A stretch of DNA of 64,000 bases from Octopus bimaculoides (taxonomy: Eukaryota). Position 1 is the first letter of the stretch. Every line of letters begins with the position of its first letter. Both the position numbers and the translations under genes were made by a program. This document shows, one piece after another, positions 22,601 through 36,465 of the stretch. The notes beneath the pieces are model-generated. The model did no database searches. It saw nothing but the letters and a program-made list of their open reading frames with translations, and was not told the origin of the DNA. The stretch covers positions 52,125,445 to 52,189,444 of the forward strand of contig NC_068996.1 in the NCBI RefSeq assembly GCF_001194135.2, given 5' to 3'.

Positions 22601-25600
22601 TAGTAAAGGTATATTTCTTTTATTTAAAAAAAAATTATATACATAAAATTCTTATGTTTTATTATAAATATTGCAGCAATTTCAGAATATTTTGACAGAA
22701 TCTTTCTGTGTTTTATAAAACAACTAAGACTTTATTGTTCCATCAAAACAAAGTGACAGGATTTGAACTGGTGTCTTTTGCTTCTGTTGAATCAGTAATT
22801 TCATCCCATTGGATATTATGCAATGTTCTTGATATCAAACCCTAGAAATCAATTTTAAGGTTATTACTGACCTTATAAATGCTTAATCATCATCATCATC
22901 ATCATTTAACGTCTGTTGTCCATGCTGGCATGGATTGGACAGCTTGACCAGAGCTGGCAAGCTGAGGAGCTGCACTAGACTCCAGCCTGATATGGCATGG
23001 TTTCTACGGCTAGATGCCCTTCCTAACGCCAACCACTCCGCAGAGTGTGCTGAATGCTATTAATTCTGTGAATGTAACAAATACAAGGTGGCAATTTGGC
23101 AGAATCATTAGCATGCTGAGCAAAATGCTTTGAGGCATTTGATGTGTCTTTATGTTCTGAGTTCAAATTCTGCCGAAATCAACTTTGCCTTTCTTCCTTT
23201 CAAGGTTGATAAAATAAATACCAGTTGAATACTGGGGTTTGATGTTATTAACTTAACTCCCTCCCTTGAACTTGCTGGCATTGTGCCAAAATTTGAAACC
23301 AATCTAACAAATACAAGTGAGGCAGTGAGCTGGCAGAATCATTAGTATGCTAGGTAAACTGTTTTACGATGTTTGTCTGTCTTTATGTTCTGAGTTCAAA
23401 TTTACCTTTTGTCCTTTTGGCGTCACTGTAATCAGCTTAACCCCTCTCCAAAAATTCCTGGTCTTGTGCCAAAATTTGAATTCAGTATAAAAAACAAAAG
23501 TCTAGTAAACATTTTTGAGCAGTCCTACTTTCAATGATGTCCTCACACCCTGAACATTCTGTGTTCAAATCCTGGTGAGATCATCTTAGCTTTTCGTTCT
23601 TCCAGAATGTCAGTCAATAAATATGTGCCAGTTAAGTACTGAAGTTAGTTAACTCTTTTGTTACTGTATTACTGCTTTTGTTTTAGTTAACATTGAAAAT
23701 AATATAATTTGGTAAAAGCAAAAAAACACCCAACTTATTGTTATTATTAAACTGGTGTCTCAAACATAAATTATCATAAAATTATGATGAAAGGTTTTAA
23801 ATGAGATCACTTTAAAACAAAAAAAATCCTATCTCGTAACTAGGGTCTGTCTCAGGTGGGTTGGTACCAAAAGGATTAATGTAACTATACTTTCTCTTCC
23901 AAAATTTATGGCCTTGTGTCTGTTTTAGAAAAATATTAAAATCATTGAACTGTGATTTTCATCTAGTTCCCTTTCACATCATAGGGAGATTATAAGGAAA
24001 TCTTAACCTTTATCTCCCTTCCAAATCTCTGATGAAAATGTCAGATTTTTAGACTTCTAATTAAAAAACTAGAATCGTGGAAACAGTGTTATGATTCTAA
24101 TTCTAAATAAGATAAATCAGTAGATTAAAAAATAGGATGTAAAATGTAATAGCTTTTCAAGAGATTTTTCACATTATTCACAAGTTTCTTGCTTTTCAGA
24201 ATTGTTTTTGAAACCAAATTAACAAATTAAAAGCTTAATATTTTCCCTTAATTTTTTTAGGAAACAGAGATTGATGCTTTATTCATGAAGATTGACTTCA
24301 ATGCTGTGGGTTCCATTACACTGAATCAATTTTGTACATATGTGCATCTCATTTACCAAGACTTTTTCCCCAAAACTATTACCTTTTTGTTACCAGCTAG
24401 AGGAGAAACTTTGCCCCACCGAGAACCAATTTGTCGTTTATGTGAAAACCATAATGGTACCCTTATTACATGCAGTGAGGTTTGTATAAAAGATATGGTA
24501 TTCATATGTTGTCGTTGTCATCATACATGTTTTAACCCTTTTGATACCAACCTGGCTGAAACCGGCTTTGGCGCTGTAGTACAATTGTCTTGTTTTCAAA
24601 AGTTCTGAATTAAAATCTTCCACCAAACCTTAGTCACAATTTATGTTCCTAACACTAGCTTCATGATAACTAAGTTATTTTACTAAATTCTTTGTTATAT
24701 TTAAAATTAATTGAAAGCCACACAGAGTATCTCAACAGAAATATGGTAACAAAAGGGTTAAATGTGTTTTTCCATGTAAAGATTATTAAAAAGTAATATG
24801 CTCCAATATCTACTTTGTATAACTCCATTTTATCTGACTATAAAATGAGATCATCAGAGATAGTAAAACTGTTTCACATTGTCTGTAATTTCCATTGATG
24901 ATACTGTTTGGTTAACCATATTCTTAGAGTATAGTTACATTAATCAAAAGGATTAATGTAACTATACTTTCGCTTCCAAAATTTATGGTCTTGTGTCTGT
25001 TTTAGAAGAATGTTAAAATCATTGAACTGTGATTTTCATCTAGTTCCCTTTCACATCATAGGGAGATTATAAGGAAATCATAAACTTATCTCCCTTCCAA
25101 ATCTCTGATGAAAATGTCAGGTTAACCATATTCATAAAAAAGATTCTGTGACAATGCCAGGCATACTCACAAGGGACGGGGATCAGAATATAAATGGGAT
25201 GGTTGAGTAGAGGAAGAGAGAGATATAGATGGTGGCAAGTGCCAGGGCATACCCTTGAAGTTCAAATGCCATAATATAAGTGGCAGGATGTTGTGAAGGG
25301 AGTGTTATTAAAGAGTGGAGAGGCGGGGTGAATGAGTGGTGAAAACCTGGGTATATATAGAGTCAGAGGGTTACCGGATAGCAATGGAGTTCCTTCTCCC
25401 ACCTAACTCTTTTACTGTTCTTCCTTCCTGCCTCTATTATTATTTCTACTTTCCAGTGGTGCTCATTTTTAACTTATGGACCTCACCTTTGATTCCTGTT
25501 TTACCCAGGTGGACCCTTATAGCCTTTTCATATTTAAAAAGCTCCATTTTTTAAAATTAAATATAATTAGGAATTTTACAGAAATATTGTTAAAATATTT

Positions 25601-27417
25601 TGTGTATGATAGATGTATAACTAATTTATTGTATATAAACTTTAACAGCAAAATCTTATATGGACCCTGTTGCCAAGGGTCACATGGACCCAGTTGAGAA
25701 CCATTGTATCCCTACCAGTCAGCTACTCTCTTTACTCATATCCACTTGTTCCACTCAACTTTCCTAAACTCATCATCCCTATTGTGTTTCACCTTCCAAA
25801 CTGCACTCCAAAATCCTTTTCTAAATCCTTCCTCCCCAGAACAGTGACTGTTTGATATTTTCTTCCCACCTAATATTTCTCCCTTATATATTGAAATACA
25901 GATGTTCAATATAAGCATACAAACTACTTTGCACCACATCAAAGCCTTTTACCAGACAAGCTGATGGAAGACCCAAAACCTTATTTCACTCCAAACATAC
26001 TGCATCTCTTAGGAAAATAAACTTACGTCACTTCAATCTCAATACTTTCTCAAGAAGTGCTGCATAATTTCAAGCCACCTTGAACTGTGTTACCATACTT
26101 CTGTTGAAACACACTGAATTTATTTCAATTAATTTTGAAAACAACGAAGAATTTAGTTATTTTACTTTGTCATTATTAATCTGGAATTTGGAACATAAAT
26201 TAACATGACATTTTGTTGGCATGTTTTAACTTAGATTACTTAAAAATAAGAAGTTTGTATCATAAAATCTAGGTGTGATTTCAGGCAGGTTGGTATCAAA
26301 ATTTTTAAAAGCAATTACATACTTTTTTTATATAGATAAAAATAGTATATATAAAAAAAGAGAGTAAATCTTCAGAGCCAGAAAATACTAATTGCATTGA
26401 AAGCAAATATGTGTCACACTTGATTGCTGCTTCTTTTATACATCTGTATACATTTAGCCCACTCCCAAAAGAAACTCACCTACTTACTAAACAGGACTGC
26501 ACTGGCTAGTACCACAAAATTCAAGCTGTAATTTTTTTCAATATCTGTTCTACAGTTATTATAAGAACATTTTCTCCAACAGGTCTGTTAAGGCTATATA
26601 ACAACTGTACTAATTTCTCTAAACTTGTTCATTGTATTGTTAGCTCTTAAATGCTTAACTGTTCTGTTCTTAATTTGCTGTTGTCAAATCCTATCCCAAA
26701 CCATGTACTAGATACTTTTCCTGTCTCTAATTTTCTCAGAACAGTCTCACTATAGAAGGAGGTGAATTACTATGATATATATTTTCTTATATTTTCTTTT
26801 CTGATATAATAATCGGCAGAATTTACAGAGTGACTCAAGAGCTAGTCTCAAATCATGGGTTTATATACTGGTGATAATGATATTTCTCTGGATTGCTCTA
26901 AAACGAATTATAAAAACTATTACATGTCACATGAATAATGCATATTTTTCAAATGATTTGCCTGTTAAGAAACTCGATCTTATAACAGAGAAGCTGATTT
27001 CTGTCTGTCCATCACAAGATATGTGAAGGAGGGGAAGGGGAGGAATCAATAAGGGAGATAACCCCTGTCACAACATATGTTTAGAAGAGGAGGAGAATGC
27101 TGTTGTTGTTGATAGAGAAATACAGTGAGATAGAGAAAGTGTGTGTGAAAGATAGATACATAGGTAGTGTTGTTATCATAGTAACTAATTAGTTTTGATT
27201 AAAAACACTGGAATTCTAAGTGCAAGTCTGTCAACACAATGCAACACAAACTTCTAAAAGAAAAAAAAGACTTTCACTATATAACATTATAGATAGTGAT
27301 TAATTTGGTTGTTTGTGTGAGTGTGTATCTGTGTGTTTCTGTATGTCGTTCAACATAAGAAACAACACAACACAGACTTTAAAAAAAAGACTTTCATTAT
27401 AATGAGAGTTTGTTGTT

Positions 27418-27479
<62 letters not shown>

Positions 27480-27524
27480 AAGNNNNNNNNNNNNNNNNNN
27501 NNNNNNNNNNNNNNNNTTGTTGTT

Positions 27525-27583
<59 letters not shown>

Positions 27584-28172
27584 TGAGTGCAAAAAATTGA
27601 CAAATAGGTAGTGTTGTCACCATAGTAACTAATGATACTTTCACTATATAACAGTTTTCTATTAAAAGAAGGTACATGAGTGATTAACAAATCTTTTTAC
27701 AGACAGCATAGTAATGGATAAAGACTTAGTAATAAATAAATAAATAAATAAATAGACAAACAAATAAAGAAATAAGGAAAACATTGAAACAATGGAAAGA
27801 CGTATGCATACATATGCATATATAAACGAGAGTGCTGGTGAGTATGTAGATGTGTGTGTAACTGCATATGAATGCACACATCCACACTTAATTAAGCACA
27901 TACGCATGCATATGTATGCATGAATTTCCTCACACATGCATACACATGTATAAGTATAAATATATATAAACAAAAGAGAATGCATGCCTAAGTACATGAA
28001 TATATACATTCATGCAGGAGTGGCTGTGTGGTAAGTAGCTTGCTTACCAACTACATGGTTCCAGGTTCAGTCCCACTGCGTGGCACCTTGGGCAAGTGTC
28101 TTCTATTATGGCTTTGGGCCGACCAAAGCCTTGTGAGTGGATTTGGGAGATGGAAACTCAAAGTAGCCTGTC

Positions 28173-28207
<35 letters not shown>

Positions 28208-28782
28208 TGCATGTATGTATGTGTATATGTTTGTGTGTCTGTATTTGTCCTCCCCCTCCCCCTCAACCGATGCTGCTGTGTTTACATCCCCATAACTTAG
28301 CAGTTTCGCATAAGAGACCGCTAGGTGGTGCTCCAGCATGGCCACAGTTAAATGACTGAAACAAATGAAAGAATAAAAGAATAAGAATATATATAAACAC
28401 ACACTCGATACATAGATGTGTCCACACACATATACATGCAAGCATGCACACATACACATGCCCAGACATACTTCTAGTAATAGTGTAAGCATTAGACAAA
28501 CTGACAAAATATAATAAATAAACCAAACCTAAGACTATATGTATAGCTTTTCCCAGAAGCTTAATGCTCAGGTGCAGTCAGGATTGAGGAGTCTCATTGT
28601 TAAAAGGCATGTAACCACTATATTTCGGGTCATTGACTGACAAGGAAATCAGCTATGAATGTTTGGTGCATTGTGTTTTTGCTTAATTCTCTATCTGTTA
28701 AGTTTCCGTCGGCTTTTGTCTAATTTTTTTCTCTTTTTTTTCTCTTTGTTGTGTTCTTTCTGTTCAGCCCTTGATATAAATA

Positions 28783-28828
<46 letters not shown>

Positions 28829-31800
28829 TATATCATCATCATCATCATCATCATTATCATCATCTAACATCTGTTGTCCTTGCTGGCATGGGTTGGATGG
28901 TTTGACCAGGGGTGGCAAGTTGGAAGGCTGCACCAGACTCCAGTCTGATTTGGCATGGTTTTCTACAGCTGGATGCCCTTCCTATAAGTATGTACATATG
29001 TGCATGTATCGCCCACCCAACCACTAATTTGTAAAACTTCAATGCAAGCAATTATCTCACTATTTTCTGTTTATTATATCACGGAGTATAAAGAATCTAT
29101 AAAACATTTACAAACAGTCCACTGCTCTTCAGATTTATTAATACAATAAAAATTCACTTAATTGCATAGCAGATAAATGTATAATTTGATTAACTGCATA
29201 CCTTTTCAAAGTACAAAATCATTTAGCATCAAATTTATGTAAAATTATTAAATAAATCATTTATCCAAATAAAGTTAATTTTGGTTAATTGTTTAAGATT
29301 TATCCCTGATTCTTTAATTTTAAAAATTGGTAAAATATAGAATAAAATTTGAACATGTTTTGATATGAAATAAAATGATTTTTGAAGCATCTATATTCAT
29401 GATGACATAAAATGACAATATTTAATCTTTGCAATCTTTTGATGTCAAAAAAAAAAAATGGTTAAATGCATTCAAGGCATTAAATTAAGACTTCTAAAGT
29501 TCAGATTCTGATATATATTTTTTTCGTTTGTGTTATGAAATTCTTCGATAAATAAATCACAGTAAAATATTTGTAAAAAAGATTGTTTTGAACCAAGCAG
29601 TGGTGAACAAACACTGTTGTTTTTTAACCTTTAGGTCCCCTGTTGTTATGACTAAATAATTCAAAGTATGTGCATGCAGTTGTACTCAAGAAGATCTGCT
29701 CACAACCTCAATTGATATCCTAAAACCACGGTGCCATGTAAAAGAAAAACATTGGTGCTAAGGTCATGTAAAAAGCAGTGGTACTGGTACCATGTAAAAA
29801 GCACCCAGTACACTCTGTAGAGTAGTTGGCATCAGGAAGGGCATCCCACTGTAGAAGCCAAGCCAAAGCAGGCTATGGAATTGGGTATAGCCCCTGTCAA
29901 GCTGTCCAACCTCTACCAACGTGGATGCTAATTGATGTTGATGACAACACTGACAATGTGAAAGTTAAAATCAGGATATATGAATCTGGGCTATGTTTGG
30001 TTAATTAGAGAATATCAAAGGGAACCAACAAACCTCATTTTCATGTCAATTACATATCAATATGAAGAAGAAAAAACCCCAGCTTGTATACTGGTAGTAA
30101 ATTATTGAATTATTTCTAAACAAAAACTTTTTATTCTTGCTTTATGTAATTCGTTCATGTGTAACATAGCTTTGATATACATGGTCTGATCAATAAGTAT
30201 CTGAACTGTTGCCATAGTAACGAAGCTAAAGCACACAGAGTGAAGCTACTTAGCATAGATTGACCTTGCACTCTGCCGTGCGTGCACACTAAGTTTTAAT
30301 ATTCTAGCTCACTTCCGCCATTTACAGTAGTGCTTGGAAGGAAGGTGTGTAGCATGTGATCATTGCATTGACCATAACAGAGAATCTGCATCAAATTTTG
30401 CCAAAAGCCTGGTAATACTTGCTCAGAGTCTATTGAAAATTTTCAAAAAGTTTTCAGCGTTCTTAACACAATCAAAGAGACCTTGTGCAACTGAAACCCA
30501 AGTGTCTTTTTGGTCAGCTGAAATCAGTTTTGGCACAAACTTGGCAGACATGCGTCTCATACCCAAATCTTCAGTAATAATGGACTGAACTGAATTGTAA
30601 CTAATCTGAACATCCTCTGATAACTCATGGATAGTAATTTGACAATTTCCCCTCTCAGCCGCACAGACATCTGTGATGTTTTTCTCAGTACTGCTGGCTG
30701 CGGGTCTCCTTGAATGTTTGTCAATAGCGACATTTTTTTGACCATTTTGGAAACGTCTGAACCACTTGTATACTTTTGTGCGACTCATACACTTCTCTCC
30801 ATACACTTTCTGCAACTTTGCATAGGCCTCTGAGCAGGTATTGCCATGAAAACTTTCTCTGTCGTGGTCAATGTGATGATCACACACTACACACCTTCCT
30901 TCCAAGCACTGCTGTAAGCAGTGGAAGTGAGGTAGAACATTAAAACTTAGAGCGTATGTGCAGCTGAATTCAAAGTCAGTCTTTGCCAAGTGGCTTTACT
31001 CTGTATGTTTTAGCTTTGTTACAATGGCAACAGTCCAGATACTTATTGATCAGACCTTGTATTACTATTGAAAAAATATTGAAAACCATAATTTATCCTC
31101 TAGCAGGTAAATTTGGTAAATTGCACACACAGATTGCTTCATTAAGGTTATGTAGTTAAGTGGAGTTGACTGTAATAAAATAAGATTTCATTCTGTGCTT
31201 TGTAATTGTTGAAAATCATTAATGTGTTTTGTTAACCCTTTAGTATTTAAACTGGCCCAAATATTCTACTGGTTTTATTGTTCAAACCAGCCAGATCTGG
31301 TCACTCACACCAGCCCTACAATGTCATTCTTAAAACAAACTTATTACATTACTAGCTGTTTTTCCCGGTTTCACTCAGGCAGTGTGGTGGATTTGGTTAA
31401 AGGCTATTTCCTATGTATATTTTGAATAATAAAAAGAACTAAAAATAAAAAAAACAAAAATTCCAAAAACAAAAAAAAAGTAAGAACAACCCAAAACAAT
31501 ACGATGCTAAGGATTTTGCAGGTCGATATTGTAAAACTAACTTCACGTGTGTACCCATAGCCCCATGTAGTCACGGAACCTTATTTGTGGTATAACCTCG
31601 CCTTAAAAGAAAAATATATGGTAGTGCGGTTGTTGTATTGGCGACACAAGGATGTTAATCGAAACTGTTCAAGATCAATCATAGGTTGGACGTTCATGTA
31701 CACTGATTAGAATTGTGAATTTCAATTATTGAAAACGCGTTCCCNNNNNNNNNNNNNNNNNNNNNNNNNNNNNNNNNNNNNNNNNNNNNNNNNNNNNNNN

Positions 31801-34098
31801 NNNNNNNNNNNNNNNNNNNNNNNNNNNNNNNNNNNNNNNNNNNNNNNNNNNNNNNNNNNNNNNNNNNNNNNNNNNNNNNNNNNNNNNNNNNNNNNNNNNN
31901 NNNNNNNNNNNNNNNNNNNNNNNNNNNNNNNNNNNNNNNNNNNNNNNNNNNNNNNNNNNNNNNNNNNNNNNNNNNNNAAAATTTTCGAAAAACAAACCCA
32001 GCCACATTACTTGGAAAAAAATAATCTTTATTGTGCTGGTTTTTTCGTAAAATTTTGCGCATGGGAAAGGCAACAAAATCGCCCCTCCCCACTTTGAATG
32101 GGATATTCCTATCTTAAAAAGTAATAATCGATTATCTCAGTAACCATGGGAGTTGGAGGGCAATAAAAATCTCCTGAACATGAGCGGACCATGCTGCCAC
32201 TCTGTGCTGAATTTCACGCGATTCCACTGCACCGTTCTCGAGTGAATCTGCCGACACTCAATCAATCAATCAAGAACACTGCAATTTATAGTATAGATTG
32301 AAATCTCAAAGCTATGAGATGGTTAACTCAAGACAATGTGGATGAATAAACAATACTTTTGACAGAGTAATCTGAATGTTAAAGGGTTAAATCTGTGTCC
32401 CACTTGATATTGTTTCAGAATTTTTTTCAGAGAAAATGTGTTGTACATATTTGAGCATGTTTCTATATACCAATATCTAATATTAAAAGCTTTGAATTTT
32501 TCATTTTACAGCATGGAATAGTTTCCTTTTGGAGTTCTATGTCAACACTTAGAAAGAAAAAACGCATCGTTGTAAGCAATTAGCTCTTTTTAATAAATAA
32601 CATTTGATTTATTGCCATAATGATTTTATGCAGCTTTGACATATTAAATGGTGAATAAAGTTATATTTTAGTTAACATAAACTATAATTGCATGTCCATG
32701 GCATCATGATCTATATAGATATTCCAGCAACCCTCCACCACCACTCCTCATACTCTAGTTAATCTCATTTCTTTTACTGACATAATCTAAATGTATTCTA
32801 GCTAATATTATGCTCCTACCTTCATGACCTAATTTTACAGAGAAAAGCAACAAAATCACTCTCAGATCACACTTTAGTGTCTTAAAAATAGGACATACTA
32901 GATTATGTAGTCTGTGTCAAAAATAGATGGCTGGTCATGGCTAGAAAGCCTTTAATCATAGGTCTTCTCAGTCAGGGCTAATGTGGGATTAAGAAACAAC
33001 TTCTGCCCTAGATACCATTTGTTACTTTCATCTATATTTTTTCCGTCACCTTCATTAAGGATATGCATGGGTATTAATTTCAAAGTTTTAATTTAAAAAC
33101 ATTACTAGAATTAGCATATTTCATTCAATAAGTATACAAAATAAAATGCAAAATTATTGAAGATGTAGTTCTAAAAATTAAAACTGTAAAAAAAAACCCA
33201 TAAAGTGTGAAGTCATAAGGAAGCTGCTTTGTGCTTGCTCAATATGTTAGAAATAGCAGCCAGATCTCTTTCAGATCATATAATTCCAACTTCAAAAGAT
33301 ACATATCAGATAATGAAATCCTCAAAAGGTGGGATAACCACAGTTAGAATGCCTTAGACTGTAGGTCTGCTCAGTTAAGGCTGACCTGAGTCTAAACAAC
33401 AATATGTATAAACTAAGTTATGGTAGAATAGAAGAATATTTATTTCTTTATTGCCCACATGGGGCTAAGCATAGAGGGGACAAAAGAAGGACAGACCGGG
33501 GGTTAAGTCGATTACATCGACCCCAGTGCATAACTGTTACTTATTTAACCGACCCCCCAAAAGGATGCAAGGCAAAGTCGGCCTCAGCAGAATTTGAACT
33601 CAGAACATCAAGACAGACAGAATACCACTAAGCATTTCGCCTGGTGTGCTAACGGTTCTGCCAGCTCACCTCCCTATAGAAGAATATTAATCGGATTGAT
33701 ATGTAACATTTTTTTTTTTTACCAAATGAGTGGTCTTTTAGCATATATTATATTTTTTTCCCTTTTTTCCAGAATCCTAATCCTGAAAGACGCACACCAA
33801 AATGGATTACTGACTTTTTAATTATGTCTAAGTATAATAAATTAATGGTTGGAACTGGGTGAGTTTTAGTTCAATCCTTCTTACATTTTCCGAGTTTCCA
33901 GTTTTACTAGTCATACTCTGCCATATTACTGTAGCTTAATGTTTCACAGTCCAACTTCATTCTCTACTGAAGTTTCTCTTAAAATGTATCTTCACCATTT
34001 ATGTAGTTCTAATCTTTCTACCAAAGAGATTTCTCATTTTGGCTCAAATTTCTTGTTAAATTAGACATAAACAAGGATTATGATTCTATATATACCAC

Positions 34099-34181
<83 letters not shown>

Positions 34182-35248
34182 ACATCATCATCATCATTTA
34201 ATGTCCACATCTCCATGCATGCTTGGGTCAGATGGAATTTTCTATGGCTGGATGCACTTCCTGTCACCAACCCTCACCTGTTTCCAAGGAAAGTATTATT
34301 TCTCCATGGCCGGGCATGTTTTGATGGAAGATTGAAAGTGAAGGACAATGCTTGTATGACAGTAACATTCATTCACAGCACTTAAATGATATCAAGACAA
34401 GCAGACACAAACACACACATAATGTATATTTGTAAATATATATATATATAGTCATAAGTGACAGAGAAATAGTTTGATGAATTCAAATATCATGACAAAT
34501 TGTTTTGTAACTTAAAAACAGGTAGATAATTTATATTACTATATATATATATAAATATATATTTGTCTTGTGAGTTACTTCGTTACCCTGCCAGTGCAGG
34601 TGCCATGTAAAGAGCACCCACACTGCACTGTAAAGTGGTTGGCATTTGGAAGGGCATCCAGCTGTAAAAATCATGCCAAAACTGACCTCACCTGTGCTTG
34701 TGCCACATAAAAAGCACCAAGCCCACTCTGTTGAGTGGTTGGTGATAGGAAGAGCAACCAGCTGTAAAAATTCTGCCAAATTGTTTAACTGTCCCACCCA
34801 TGCCAACATGGAAGATGGACATTAAACAATGATGATGATGATGATATTTGATAATAAATTAATTACTTACATGTCTGCATTTGTCATGATATTAGAATTT
34901 TCTTATTGTTAAATAAAATTTCATCAACGTCTTTGTCTGTCATTCATGCTTTTATACACCCCTGATTGGTTTCTCTTGTATCGTACAATGTATTCTATGT
35001 TTTGTAGAATGATACTTTAAGGAGCTTTTTCTAACCAGATTCTACACTCATACTCTTGCTACTTGTGAGTACACCCTAGCACTACACCATCTCTCTTCTA
35101 CTCTCTCTCTTACACTTCTGCTGTTTCCTACTCTCTCTCTCTCACTTTCCCTTTGGTCACTCTCTCTCCTTCTCTTGTTTTTCATCTGACTAGGTAACCA
35201 AGTATCACCTTTACATCAACACACTTGTTTCTGGCCTCNNNNNNNNNN

Positions 35249-35315
<67 letters not shown>

Positions 35316-36106
35316 ATTATACTCTTACCTCTCATCATCTGATACTGGATCATCTCCTCTAATGTCCCCTCAGTTGTGGCAAGACACCTGCTTCTGTCTC
35401 TCTCTGTCACCCTCTAACTTTTCATCCTCTGACACAAGTTCCTCCTTCACCTCTCATAATTCCTTGTCTTGTGTGTTACTCGGTGACCCTGCCAGTGCTG
35501 GTGCCACTTAAAAAGCATCCAGTCCACACTGTTAAGTGGTTGGCATCTGGAAGGGCATCCAGCTGTAAAAATCATGCCAAAACTAACCTTACCTGTGCTA
35601 GTGCCACATAAAAAGCACTGAGTCCACTCTGCAGAGTGGTTGGTGTTAGGAAGGGCATACAGCCATAAAATCCCTGCCAAAACAGACATAGTAACCTTGG
35701 GTAGATTTTCTACCTGGCTGGCTCCTGTCAACCATCCTACCCACACAAGCATGGAAGATGGATGTTAAATGATGATGATGATGACTACTGGATTACTTGA
35801 ATCCATATATTGTGACTTAAATTTATATATCACACAGACACAACAGGCTTCATTTAGTTTCTGTCTATCATATCTAGTCATAAGCAATTGGTCATCCCAA
35901 AGCTATTAGTAGAAGATACTTGTCCAAAGTGCCATTCAGTGGGACTGAACCCAGAACCATGTGGTTAGGAAGCAAACTTCTTACTACAAGGCCACATTCG
36001 CTTTTTTGGAAAATAACCAAAACTAGATACAATTATAAGAATTACGCATAACTGTTGCTTTGCAGTTTGTGTGTGTGTGTGTGTGTGTGTGTGCCTGTGT
36101 GTGTGC

Positions 36107-36160
<54 letters not shown>

Positions 36161-36418
36161 NNNNNNNNNNNNNNNNNNNNNNNNNNNNNNNNNNNNNNNN
36201 NNNNNNNNNNNNNNNNNNNNNNNNNNNNNNNNNNNNNNNNNNNNNNNNNNNNNNNNNNNNNNNNNNNNNNNNNNNNNNNNNNNNNNNNNNNNNNNNNNNN
36301 NNNNNNNNNNNNNNNNNNNNNNNNNNNNNNNNNNNNNNNNNNNNNNNNNNNNNNNNNNNNNNNNNNNNNNNNNNNNNNNNNNNNNNNNNNNNNNNNNNNN
36401 NNNNNNNNNNNNNNNNNN

Positions 36419-36465
<47 letters not shown>

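Noticed and set aside
26010-26110. Minus-strand exon ending at a gtaagt donor near 26015
   Set aside because: Stops occur in all frames for each plausible acceptor.
34459-34477. (G)DREIV as the exon after ...MVGTG
   Set aside because: An immediate TGA follows. The true exon is 39462-39554.
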